This document shows, one piece after another, positions 6,350 through 15,542 of a DNA stretch of 64,000 nucleotides (the first letter of the stretch is position 1; each line of letters opens with the position of its first letter). Location: NCBI GenBank assembly GCA_016781735.1, contig JADDPT010000016.1, positions 6,554 to 70,553 on the forward strand, written 5' to 3'. The DNA comes from Rubrobacter sp. GTDB taxonomy: Bacteria > Chloroflexota > Chloroflexia > Thermobaculales > Thermobaculaceae. The translations under genes were made by a program, and so were the position numbers. The notes under the pieces are model-generated. The model searched no databases. It saw only the letters and a program-made list of their open reading frames with translations, and was not told where the DNA came from.

Positions 6350-8440
6350 GTGCAAGTCTATCCCGCGTCCCAGATACGCAACGTCGGCCTCTTCTCACAT
6401 GGTGGCACCGGAAAGACGTCACTCGCCGAGGCGATGCTGTATGTTACCGGCGCGACCAATCGGCTGGGAAAGGTAACCGAGGGCACCACCGTTAGCGACC
6501 ATGATCCTGACGAGATCAAACGTAAGGGCTCCATCAGCACGAGTGTCATCCCAATTGAGCATAAGGGCTGCAAGCTCAACGTGCTTGACTGCCCGGGCTA
6601 CTCGGAGTTCATCGGGGAGATGGTTTCTGCCCTCCGGGTGGTCGAGTGCGCCGTCATCCTCGTGGATGCCCACACGAAGATCGAGGTTGGCAGCGACCTG
6701 ATGTACCGCGCGGCGGAGAGGGCCGGCATCCCGAGAATGATCATTGTCAACAAGATGGACCGAGAGAACGCGGATTTTGAGGCTGTCGTGAGTCAGATGC
6801 GGGACGAGTGGGGGCACTCGGTAGTGCCGGTGTACCTGCCGATCGGCCAGGAGCAGGCGTTCAAAGGCGTAGCCGACGTGTTGACGGGCACTGGCTACGT
6901 ATACGGCGGCACAGGCGACGGCAAGTACGAGGAGAGTCCCCTCCCGGACGACCTCGCGGCAGACCGTGAGCGCTACCTCGATATGCTGACCGAGCTCGTC
7001 GCCGAGACTGACGATGAGCTAACCATGAAATATCTGGACGGTGGTGAGCTGACGCCTGAAGAGATGGCTCATGGGCTACGCGCGGGTGTGATCAGGGGTA
7101 GCATAGTGCCCGTGCTCGTCGCCGCGGGTGGCCCAGCCATTGGCGTGCCGCAGGTCCTGGATGCGCTGGTGAATCTGGCACCCAGCCCGCTCGACAGGCT
7201 CGAAATACCGCTGCCGCAGAACGGGGAGCAGCCCCAGCCGCTGCCTGCCGACGCCGATGGTCCCGTTGCGGCGCTTGTATTCAAGACGGTTGCCGATCCT
7301 TTCGTCGGCAAGCTGAGCTTGTTCCGCGTTTACAGTGGCACGCTCAAGCACGATAGCCATGTCCGTAACATGCGGACAGGTGACGAGGGACGGCTGAGCC
7401 AACTGTACGTCCTCAGGGGCAAGGAGCAGATACCAACCGACCGCGTACAGGCCGGGGACATCGGGGCCGTGACGAAGCTGATACAGACGGCCACCGGCGA
7501 CACGTTGTGCGACCCAGGCAAGTCGATCGCGCTGGCCGGGATCTCGTTCCCGACACCCGCCTACACGGCCGCCCTTCGCCCCCGAACAAAGGCCGATCTC
7601 GACAAGATGGGAACGTCACTCACGCGCATGGCGGACGAGGATCCCACACTGCGCATCAGCAAGGACCCGCATTCTGGGGAAACGCTCGTGAGCGGGATGG
7701 GCGAGGCACACATAAACATCATGGCGGAACGCATGCAGCGAAAGTTCTCCGTGGGCGTAGAGACCGCCCTTCCAACCGTACCGTATCGCGAGACCATTAC
7801 CGTGCCGACGCGGGCGGAATACAAGCATAAGAAGCAGAGTGGCGGCCACGGACAGTACGGCCACGTGGTGCTCAACATCGAGCCGAATCCTGATGCCGAG
7901 TTCGAGTTCACGGAGAAAGTGGTGGGCGGTGCGGTGCCGAAGCAGTTCTATCCCGCGGTCGAGAAGGGCGTACAGGAGGCACTGCACGAGGGTCTGGTGG
8001 CGGGATTCCCAGTGGTCAACGTCCGCGTAACTCTCACGGACGGCAGCTACCACAGCGTGGACTCCTCGGAAATGGCCTTCAAGGTAGCCGCATCGCAGGC
8101 TTTCAAGAAGGGTGCGATAGAAGCACATCCTGTCTTGCTGGAGCCGGTAATGGAGGTCGCTATCACGGTTCCGGAGCAGTTCGTGGGCGAGGTGATGAGC
8201 GACCTCAACGGCAAGCGGGCCCGCGTGGAGGGAATGGATCCCGGCGAGCACGGCCAAACATGCGTCCGTGCGCAGGTACCCCTTGCCGAGATGCAGAAGT
8301 ACAGCTCAGACCTACGCGCGATCACCCAGGGGCGAGGGAGCTTTACGATGGAGTTCTCACACTATGAGCCGGTACCACACCATCTCACACCGCACGTAGT
8401 CGAGGCCGCGAAGGCGCACCGCGAGGCGGTCGCGCACTAG
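6350..8440 (+). CDS. elongation factor G paralogue (EF-G-like GTPase)
   Basis: GTPase motifs SHGGTGKT, DCPGYSEF and NKMDR, with EF-G domains II-V downstream. The likely start is GTG 6350, after GGAAGGAGAAAG. The track's N-terminal extension from 6272 was not adopted. Confidence 0.85.
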   Translation: MQVYPASQIRNVGLFSHGGTGKTSLAEAMLYVTGATNRLGKVTEGTTVSDHDPDEIKRKGSISTSVIPIEHKGCKLNVLDCPGYSEFIGEMVSALRVVECAVILVDAHTKIEVGSDLMYRAAERAGIPRMIIVNKMDRENADFEAVVSQMRDEWGHSVVPVYLPIGQEQAFKGVADVLTGTGYVYGGTGDGKYEESPLPDDLAADRERYLDMLTELVAETDDELTMKYLDGGELTPEEMAHGLRAGVIRGSIVPVLVAAGGPAIGVPQVLDALVNLAPSPLDRLEIPLPQNGEQPQPLPADADGPVAALVFKTVADPFVGKLSLFRVYSGTLKHDSHVRNMRTGDEGRLSQLYVLRGKEQIPTDRVQAGDIGAVTKLIQTATGDTLCDPGKSIALAGISFPTPAYTAALRPRTKADLDKMGTSLTRMADEDPTLRISKDPHSGETLVSGMGEAHINIMAERMQRKFSVGVETALPTVPYRETITVPTRAEYKHKKQSGGHGQYGHVVLNIEPNPDAEFEFTEKVVGGAVPKQFYPAVEKGVQEALHEGLVAGFPVVNVRVTLTDGSYHSVDSSEMAFKVAASQAFKKGAIEAHPVLLEPVMEVAITVPEQFVGEVMSDLNGKRARVEGMDPGEHGQTCVRAQVPLAEMQKYSSDLRAITQGRGSFTMEFSHYEPVPHHLTPHVVEAAKAHREAVAH

Positions 8441-8458
8441 CCTTAACGATCATTCCAG

Positions 8459-8484
8459 CCGGGCGGACGAACGGGTCCGCCCGG
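8459..8484. terminator. GC-rich hairpin between convergent genes (possible bidirectional terminator)
   Basis: CCGGGCGGAC-GAACGG-GTCCGCCCGG forms a perfect 10-bp stem. No clear U-tract on either strand. Confidence 0.4.
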
Positions 8485-8489
8485 TAGCC

Positions 8490-9281
8490 CTATCCCCGTT
8501 GCCGCCAGTGCCGCAGCATTTCCGGAATGTCGCTGTATATCTCGTCGGGTCGCACATCGCCCGTCGCGGCTTCCTCGCGAGTGGAGACGCCGGTAAGTAG
8601 CAGTACAGTGCGCGCTCCTATGCACGTACCTGCCTTGATATCGGTATCCAGCCTGTCACCGAGCACCACGACCTCGCCGCCATCCGGCATCAGTCGAAGG
8701 GCCATCTCGAAGAGTTTCGGCTCCGGCTTACCGATCACCACCGGCTGTATCCCCGCGGAAAGCGTGATGACGGCCTGTAGTGCGCCAGCGCCGGGCAGGA
8801 GTCCATCCTCAGCCGGAAAGGTTAAGTCCGGGTTCGTTGCTACGTATCGGGCGCCTCTCTGCACCGCCAGCGACGCAGCGGCGATCCTCGCGTACGTAAC
8901 GTTCCTGTCCAGTCCTACCACCACCCACTCCGGGTTCGCATCGTCGGGAATGAAGGAAGAGTCGTTCCCGTAAAGTTCCTTCCACAGACCCGAACCACCG
9001 ATGCACAACACGCGGGCGCCTTCCGGCGCTTGCTCGCGCAGCCACACCGCCGTGGCCATGGCCGATGTGACGATCCGCTCCGAGGGGACGTGGATTCCCA
9101 TACCGTGTAGCTGAACAGCGATCTCCTCGGGGGAACGGGAGGCGTTGTTGGTCACCAGCATGTAGGCGTGCCCTTCCGCGGAGATCCAGTCGAAGAACTC
9201 TGTCAGTCCGGGCAGCGCCCGTCCGCCCCTGTAGATGACCCCATCCATATCGACCAGTAGCCGCAGTCTTGAGCCGTCCAA
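8490..9281 (-). CDS. HAD-superfamily hydrolase, subfamily IIA (NagD-like sugar phosphatase)
   Basis: Motif I LLVDMDGVIY, an LVTNNASRSPEE segment, and the C-terminal motif VVLGDRLDTDI. Confidence 0.85.
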   Translation of the reverse strand: MDGSRLRLLVDMDGVIYRGGRALPGLTEFFDWISAEGHAYMLVTNNASRSPEEIAVQLHGMGIHVPSERIVTSAMATAVWLREQAPEGARVLCIGGSGLWKELYGNDSSFIPDDANPEWVVVGLDRNVTYARIAAASLAVQRGARYVATNPDLTFPAEDGLLPGAGALQAVITLSAGIQPVVIGKPEPKLFEMALRLMPDGGEVVVLGDRLDTDIKAGTCIGARTVLLLTGVSTREEAATGDVRPDEIYSDIPEMLRHWRQRG

Positions 9282-9361
9282 TAGCCTAACCTCCCCAAAC
9301 GCTTTCGTCCCCAGTAGCTTCCTCTCGCAAGCGGTGGGCCCGGTAATGACCGCACACGAAG

Positions 9362-9395
9362 TAGCCCGCTGCTCTCAATTGAGAGCAGCGGGCTA
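9362..9395 (-). terminator. 34-bp perfect palindrome, likely terminator of the 9422..11455 gene
   Basis: TAGCCCGCTGCTCTC-AATT-GAGAGCAGCGGGCTA forms a 15-bp stem, 27 nt downstream of the stop. The U-tract is weak. Confidence 0.5.
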
Positions 9396-9421
9396 GTGGG
9401 CAAGGGCAGCCGTTAGTTTGC

Positions 9422-11455
9422 CTACTGCTTTCGAGTGGTTCCCGGTAGCTTGGCCGAGTACAAAGTGTCGCCGCTGACCACCCAGAGCGCGCCCGCCTTC
9501 TCATCCGCGTACACCGCGTCGATCGCCCGGAGCCGCAGCGGCGCGGTAGAGAACTGGAACTGCGCCCGGAGTTGCCCGTTGGGTGCCACCTGTAGTACCC
9601 GGTTGTCATTCTTGTCTAGCAGGTAAAGATTCTTGTTGGTATCCAGCACCGACAAGCCATGAGCTTGCTCGACCGGAGGCTGGGCGTCAATCCAGAGTCG
9701 CCGACTCACCTTACCGTTCACTAGCTTCCACAGGCTATCGTCACGGGCCCCTATCACCCAGAGTCCCCCGTCGGCGCCAAGACCGGCGGGCTGAAGTGGC
9801 TCTCGCTTTACGGGCGACTTGAGTACCCTCGCACGGGACGGATTCTGGAGATCGTACTCGAGCACTTCTGATCTGTCTTTGAGGGCCACGTAGGCACGAT
9901 CGCCATACACGTCGAACGCTATCACCTTGCTCCACTGGTGCGCGCCCTTCAGCTTTACGTTCGACCAGGCGTCACCCGCGTAATCGTAGTCCCAAAGTCT
10001 GCCCTTCGCGTCGAGCATCAGCGCGCCACCACTCCGCCATGAGATGCCGACGAACTTTGCGCCGCCGTCGGGCTCGAGGACAGCCCCCCGCTTGCGCTTG
10101 ATGTCGAAGAAGCGCACGCTGCCGGTCGCTCTATTGAGAATCAGCGCCTTGTTCTGCGCGACCACCAATTGCGAGGCGCTACCCTTCTTGTAACCGCCCA
10201 ACTTGGTGAGAGCCGTGACGTTGCCAATCTTCACCACCTTGTGCACGACTTCCCAGTCGGCGTCGAGCAGTCTTAGCTCGCTCCGGATCTTCGCATGGGT
10301 TGGCTCAATCCTGCGTGCGTCAGCCAGGTACTCCCGAGCCGACTGCAGGTGCTGGATTGCTGCCTCGGTCGGCTTGCCTCGTGCTTCCTGCCTCTGCGCC
10401 TCGGCTGCGGCAAGAAGTGAAGCAAGCTGTGCGTTGCGCTGATACCCGGCGTATGCCCTCCAGCCCAGCCCACCGGCGAGCGCGACGAGTAGGAGCACGC
10501 CGATGATTGTAGAGCCGATTCGGAATCTCGACGTCGCACCGGCACCACCGGCGGCGCCGCTGAACAAGCTCGACTTGATACGCTTCGGATCGAGAATGAA
10601 GTTGAGGCGCCGCTCGCCGGCCTCCCCCTTCGCTGCCGCAAAGCTTGGCAAGCTGAGTCTCTGTGTTGCGCCCTTTAAGGTGCCCGGTGCCTTCGAGCGC
10701 GCGTTCTGCAGCCATTCCCGTCCCAGTGCCTGCATACCGCGTCCGCCGTAGTCCCGACGTACCCGTACCTGCTCCTCTATGACGACCGCGTGCTCATCGA
10801 GCAGGTTGTTACGGGCCGCTGCATGGTATAGATGTTCCACCGCGCCGGAGTGATCCTTGTACGAGAGCCCATACTCATCTTCCGCCCGGGTGATCATCTG
10901 CGACAGGCCAGACGAGAGGAGCGTTATGGAGTCCCCAGAAGTGAACGGGCTGCGGCTCATCTCAATGGACACCTCGGCGTCAAGCCCCAGCGGGGTCAAC
11001 TCCTCCTCCCTCTTCGGCATACCATCCGGCAAAGCCCGTGGAACACCCTTGTGTACGACTATCGCGCGTGCGGGCTGGACCTGTGCGAGGTACACGTCCT
11101 TGCCGGAAATCACGGCGCATGACAGCCCGAGGTATGCCTGCTTGTGAAGAGGCGCGCCGGAATTGTAATCATGCAGCAGACGGTTGGCAGCCCTCACTGC
11201 GTCCTCAAGAGCAGTGGTGATGCTAGGCGCCGGGCTGCGGTAGTACTCCTCCTCAACCGTCTCCATAACGAGCTTCGCGGCTGCCCCTGCCCCGCCCGTC
11301 GCGGCCGCCGGCTCCGTCAGGATCCACAGTTTTCCCCTGCGCTGGGAACCACGGCCCGACCGTTCCTGCCGCGGCTCGAAGATGAAGTCGCTTCTGTCCT
11401 GCCGTATTCCGCTTGTGATTCCTAGCTGTGAGGCTGCGGTTTTATGCCTGCCCAT
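9422..11455 (-). CDS. membrane protein with a degenerate N-terminal PP2C-like domain, one TM helix and a C-terminal beta-propeller-like region
   Basis: The N-terminus has PP2C-like blocks with acidic residues replaced: GAGAAAKLVMETV, YLAQVQPARAIVVHKG (versus VGDSR) and TLLSSGLSQMI (versus SDGL). A hydrophobic helix IIGVLLLVALAGGLGW follows. The C-terminal ~290 aa show repeated strand-rich units of roughly 45 aa. Confidence 0.55.
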   Translation of the reverse strand: MGRHKTAASQLGITSGIRQDRSDFIFEPRQERSGRGSQRRGKLWILTEPAAATGGAGAAAKLVMETVEEEYYRSPAPSITTALEDAVRAANRLLHDYNSGAPLHKQAYLGLSCAVISGKDVYLAQVQPARAIVVHKGVPRALPDGMPKREEELTPLGLDAEVSIEMSRSPFTSGDSITLLSSGLSQMITRAEDEYGLSYKDHSGAVEHLYHAAARNNLLDEHAVVIEEQVRVRRDYGGRGMQALGREWLQNARSKAPGTLKGATQRLSLPSFAAAKGEAGERRLNFILDPKRIKSSLFSGAAGGAGATSRFRIGSTIIGVLLLVALAGGLGWRAYAGYQRNAQLASLLAAAEAQRQEARGKPTEAAIQHLQSAREYLADARRIEPTHAKIRSELRLLDADWEVVHKVVKIGNVTALTKLGGYKKGSASQLVVAQNKALILNRATGSVRFFDIKRKRGAVLEPDGGAKFVGISWRSGGALMLDAKGRLWDYDYAGDAWSNVKLKGAHQWSKVIAFDVYGDRAYVALKDRSEVLEYDLQNPSRARVLKSPVKREPLQPAGLGADGGLWVIGARDDSLWKLVNGKVSRRLWIDAQPPVEQAHGLSVLDTNKNLYLLDKNDNRVLQVAPNGQLRAQFQFSTAPLRLRAIDAVYADEKAGALWVVSGDTLYSAKLPGTTRKQ

Positions 11456-11603
11456 ACCTCGATCACCCCCTGAGCATCACGCTCTCACGGTACTGCCGCT
11501 GACACGTACCCGCAATCGCGGGCATGGAACCAGCCTACGGAGCCGTAGGCAGCGTTTCCTAGTGGTCGTAAACATCTGTTAGCATGTCGGCCGCAACCGG
11601 AGG

Positions 11604-12635
11604 TTGAATTTGAGGATCGGGATACTTGCATCCATCGCCTGGCGGGTGCCGCCCCGCGAGTACGGCGGCTGGGAAACGGTCGCCTATTTGCTCGCAGAAG
11701 GCCTCGTGGCGCGAGGTCACGATGTCACCCTCTTCGCGTCCGGCGACTCCGAGACCACCGCACGCCTCGAGAGCGTCGTTCCTCGCCCGCTGGAGGAGGA
11801 CCCGTCACTCCCCAGCAGAGCATCCGAGACACTACACATCGTGAATGCATTCGAGCGTGCCACCGACCTAGATGTCCTGCACAACAATGCCGGCGTCTAC
11901 GGGGCGATCCTCTCCCGGCTCACCCGAACACCAGTACTCACCACGCTGCACGGCTCGGCGGCCGAGCTTGACAGTCGGATCATATACCACCGATACCGAG
12001 AAAAGCCGTACGTGTCCATCTCCGACGCCGAACGAGAGCTTGCCCCAGATCTCAACTACCGGGCTACCGTCTACAACGGAATCCATGAGAGCGATTTCGC
12101 GCCGCCGGAGCCACAGCCCAGTGACTACCTACTCTTTCTCGGCCGCCTCTCACCAGACAAGGGTGTACACCACGCCATCAAGGTGGCGCATCTCACAGAG
12201 CGTCGTTTACTCATTTCCGGGATCGTGCCCGACGCCAACCGTCGCTACTGGGAAAGCGAGATAGCGCCGCACGTGGACTGCGAGCAGGTGGTGTATGTCG
12301 GCCCCTCGGACCGCACACGGCGAAAGGAGCTGATGCGCAGCGCCCACTGCTTCCTCCACCTGGTGACATACCACGAGGCTTTCGGCCTCACTATGGCGGA
12401 GGCGATGGCGGTCGGAACTCCCGTCGTCGCTATGAAAAGAGGCTCCGTACCGGAACTAGTTCGTGACGGTAGCACAGGATATGTTGTGCAAACGGTCGAG
12501 GAGGCCGCCGAAGCGGTGAATCGAGTTCCGCTACTTAACCGGTCCGACTGCTTTGTTTGGGCACGCGAGTGCTTCTCCTCCGGACGTATGGTGGAAGGGT
12601 ACGAGCGGGTGTACGAGGAGTTGGTAAGCGAGTGA
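11604..12635 (+). CDS. glycosyltransferase family 4 (GT-B, group 1)
   Basis: N-terminal segment PPREYGGWETVAYLLAEGLVARGHDVTLFASGDS. The C-terminal region reads EAFGLTMAEAMAVGTPVVA...GSVPELV (EX7E-like). Confidence 0.8.
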   Translation: MNLRIGILASIAWRVPPREYGGWETVAYLLAEGLVARGHDVTLFASGDSETTARLESVVPRPLEEDPSLPSRASETLHIVNAFERATDLDVLHNNAGVYGAILSRLTRTPVLTTLHGSAAELDSRIIYHRYREKPYVSISDAERELAPDLNYRATVYNGIHESDFAPPEPQPSDYLLFLGRLSPDKGVHHAIKVAHLTERRLLISGIVPDANRRYWESEIAPHVDCEQVVYVGPSDRTRRKELMRSAHCFLHLVTYHEAFGLTMAEAMAVGTPVVAMKRGSVPELVRDGSTGYVVQTVEEAAEAVNRVPLLNRSDCFVWARECFSSGRMVEGYERVYEELVSE

Positions 12636-13993
12636 GCGAACCGATACGCAACTACGGGGACGCGCTGCGCTACCTGTACGGCTTCGCGGATTACGAACGC
12701 AACAAGCCTAGAGCGCGCGACGGCTTTCACCTGGAGGCGGTACGCGCGCTGTTAGCCGCGTTGGGGAACCCGCACGAGCGTCTCCGAGCCGTCCATGTGG
12801 CAGGGACAAAGGGTAAGGGCTCTACCGCCGCGATGATCAGCAACACCCTGGTGGCAGGCGGCAACCGCGTCGGGTTTTACTCCTCCCCCCATCTGAACAC
12901 TCATCGAGAGCGCTACAGGCTGGACGGCGAGCCAGTCAGCGAGGCAGGCCTTACTCAACTCCTCCGGGAGGTGCAGCCTGTTGTAGAGAAGGTGCGAACC
13001 GGATACCCGCTCACCACGTACGAAGTCACCACCGCCCTGGCGTTCGAGCTGTTCGCCCGGGAGCGCGTCGATTGGGCAGTGGTTGAGGTCGGCCTTGGAG
13101 GTAGGCTCGACGCGACCAACGTCATAACTCCGGAGCTATCAGTAATTACCTCGATAAGCGTCGACCATGCGGAGGTGCTCGGCGACACCCTGACCGCTAT
13201 AGCGGGTGAGAAGGCCGGAATCATGAAGCCGGGTGTCCCGGTCGTCATAGCATCACAACCGGATGAGGCTGCTAGGACACTGCTCGCCAGCGCTGCCGCC
13301 GTCAGTGCCCCAGCGCTGGTCGTGCCCGATCTGATTCATGCCGTCAATAGAACCCAGACGTCTGGCCCCTGGCAGGAGTTCGTCCTGGACACGAACCTCG
13401 CCTTGGCGGACGGAACGCTGGGCGGCTTCACTGTGAGTCTTGGCTTGCTCGGTCATCATCAGGTCGAGAACGCGCTCACGACCGTAGTCACCGCTGCTGA
13501 GCTCGCGTCCGCCGGCCTTCCCCTTCGTCGGGAGCACCTAGCCCGAGGACTGGCGAACGTATCCTGGCCCGGTCGGTTCGAAGTTGCGGAATACGGCGGC
13601 ACGACGTTCGTGCTTGACGGTGCGCACAACCCTTACTCGATGGGAAAGCTCCTCGAGACACTGGACGAGGTGTTTCCTGCTTGCAAGGTCGCCTTCGTGT
13701 TCGGTACAGGCGTGGACCACGACGCTGCAGGGATGCTCGGCCTTCTCCGAGACAGACAGCTGATACTCTGCAAATCGTCGCACCCACGGGCGCTAGGCGT
13801 ATCTCGCCTCACGCAGTTGGCCGACTTGCTGGTCGTTACCTACCGCGTCGCCGAGAGTGTTCCGAACGCCTTGTCGATGGCGCTCGACCTGCCCAACGCC
13901 GACGTGATAGTGGTCTGCGGCAGCCTCTTTCCGGTTGGCGAAGCCAGACTCCACCTGGGCCTCACCGAGATGGCAGACCCGGTTACTAGCTGA
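12632..13993 (+). CDS. folC: bifunctional folylpolyglutamate synthase / dihydrofolate synthase
   Basis: Mur-ligase P-loop VAGTKGKGSTAAMI and a typical FolC N-terminus (ALRYLYGF). The GTG start at 12632 overlaps the upstream stop (GTGA). Confidence 0.85.
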   Translation: MSEPIRNYGDALRYLYGFADYERNKPRARDGFHLEAVRALLAALGNPHERLRAVHVAGTKGKGSTAAMISNTLVAGGNRVGFYSSPHLNTHRERYRLDGEPVSEAGLTQLLREVQPVVEKVRTGYPLTTYEVTTALAFELFARERVDWAVVEVGLGGRLDATNVITPELSVITSISVDHAEVLGDTLTAIAGEKAGIMKPGVPVVIASQPDEAARTLLASAAAVSAPALVVPDLIHAVNRTQTSGPWQEFVLDTNLALADGTLGGFTVSLGLLGHHQVENALTTVVTAAELASAGLPLRREHLARGLANVSWPGRFEVAEYGGTTFVLDGAHNPYSMGKLLETLDEVFPACKVAFVFGTGVDHDAAGMLGLLRDRQLILCKSSHPRALGVSRLTQLADLLVVTYRVAESVPNALSMALDLPNADVIVVCGSLFPVGEARLHLGLTEMADPVTS

Positions 13994-14690
13994 CTCTATG
14001 CGAGACGCCGCGCGCCTGTGCCTCGGACGGTGTGAGATAGTAGGTGAGAGATTGGAGCGCGGCCACGGGATCGATGTCGTGGACCCGGACGTCGTCGGGT
14101 ACCTGGATCGTGGACGGAGCATAGTTCAGGATCGCCTTCACACCGGCCTTGGCGAGGTCATCCGCAACTTTCTGGGCTGCGCCGGCGGGTACGGCCAGAA
14201 TGGCCACGAGTATCCCCTCTTGCCTGACGAGCTCGGCCATCTCGCGGACATCTTGGACGACCAGATCATTGATTCGCATGCCGATACGGTCCACGTTGTG
14301 GTCGAACACGCGCCTGACGACGAACCCTTGCTCTGCGAAGCCCCCGTATCGCGCCACTGCCTGGCCCAGCGAACCCGCCCCGATGAGCACTACGGGCCAC
14401 TGCTCATTGAGGTTCAAGATCTCCCGGATGGCGGCAAGTAAACGTTCTACATCGTATCCTTTGCCCTGCTTGCCGAAGCCGCCGAAGTAGGAGAGATCAC
14501 GTCGAATCTGGGCAGCCGTACTGCCCGTTGCCATCGCAAGCTCGTTCGAGGACACCGTCCGCTGTCTAGTGGCCAGTATCTGGACAAGTGCCCTGGAGTA
14601 GATCGGTAGTCGCTTGATAACGACGTCGGGGATGTTATTCGGGGCATCCAGCAACCGGTAGCCTCGCAGTTCGTCAAGCTGGCGGGACAA
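13986..14690 (-). CDS. rex: redox-sensing transcriptional repressor Rex
   Basis: Winged-helix segment RLPIYSRAL...SSNELA...QIRRDLSYFGGFGKQGKGY and Rossmann motif VVLIGAGSLGQAVA. TTG start lies 3 nt after the uppP stop. Confidence 0.9.
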   Translation of the reverse strand: MSRQLDELRGYRLLDAPNNIPDVVIKRLPIYSRALVQILATRQRTVSSNELAMATGSTAAQIRRDLSYFGGFGKQGKGYDVERLLAAIREILNLNEQWPVVLIGAGSLGQAVARYGGFAEQGFVVRRVFDHNVDRIGMRINDLVVQDVREMAELVRQEGILVAILAVPAGAAQKVADDLAKAGVKAILNYAPSTIQVPDDVRVHDIDPVAALQSLTYYLTPSEAQARGVSHRVS

Positions 14691-14693
14691 TGC

Positions 14694-15542
14694 TCATGCG
14701 GAGCGCCAGCCGGTCAGCAGCAGGATGATGATTCCAGCAGCAATCACCATACGATACGCGGCAAACACCCTGGTGGAGTGCGTCTGCAGAAAGTTTAACA
14801 GAAACCGGATGCTTGCGTAGCCGACCACCGCTGCGGACAGGATGCCCACGGCAAAGCTGAGCCACGCCCCAGACGGTAGACCCTCTTCCAGGACTCGGTA
14901 CCCTTCCAGCAAGCCCGCACCGAAAGTTATCGGGATAGCCAGCAAGAAGGAGAAACGGGCCGCCTCCTTGTGCTGCAGTCCTAGGAGCAGAGCGGCGGTT
15001 ATCGTGCTTCCCGACCGGGACACCCCCGGCATGAGGGCTAGTGACTGTGCGGCGCCGATGAGCAGTACCTGCCCACTCCCCAGAGATGAAGCAAGACGGT
15101 GCTTCGTGCCCCAGTGCTCAGCGGCCAGCAATGCGAGACCCATCACCGCCAGGCCGCCGGCGATCGCCAGCAAGCTGCCGGTGGTACGCTCGCCTGCGTG
15201 AAACACTCGGTCAATCGGTTCTTCAAGTGCCAGGCCGACGATGGCTGCGGGCACTGAGCCCACGAGGAGCAGCACCGCAAGCCGCAGCCACGGTCTGTCC
15301 GCCGGGCTCCTGAGCACGAGCGCTCGCAAGCTTCCCACAGTAATCTGGACCAGGTTGCGCCAAAAGTACACGATAACCGCGAGCAGCGTGCCGACCTGCA
15401 GTGCGACGTTGAAGGCGAGTCCCGAGCCGGGCCAGTCGAGCAGCCACGGGACAAGTATGAGGTGGGCAGAGCTACTGACAGGTATGAACTCGGTCAGTCC
15501 TTGCACAATACCCAGCACGAGCGCACGCCAGGCGTCAATCAA
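14694..15542 (-). CDS. uppP: undecaprenyl-diphosphate phosphatase
   Basis: BacA/UppP motifs GIVQGLTEFIPVSSSAHLIL and PGVSRSGSTI, in a polytopic protein. Confidence 0.9.
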   Translation of the reverse strand: MIDAWRALVLGIVQGLTEFIPVSSSAHLILVPWLLDWPGSGLAFNVALQVGTLLAVIVYFWRNLVQITVGSLRALVLRSPADRPWLRLAVLLLVGSVPAAIVGLALEEPIDRVFHAGERTTGSLLAIAGGLAVMGLALLAAEHWGTKHRLASSLGSGQVLLIGAAQSLALMPGVSRSGSTITAALLLGLQHKEAARFSFLLAIPITFGAGLLEGYRVLEEGLPSGAWLSFAVGILSAAVVGYASIRFLLNFLQTHSTRVFAAYRMVIAAGIIILLLTGWRSA

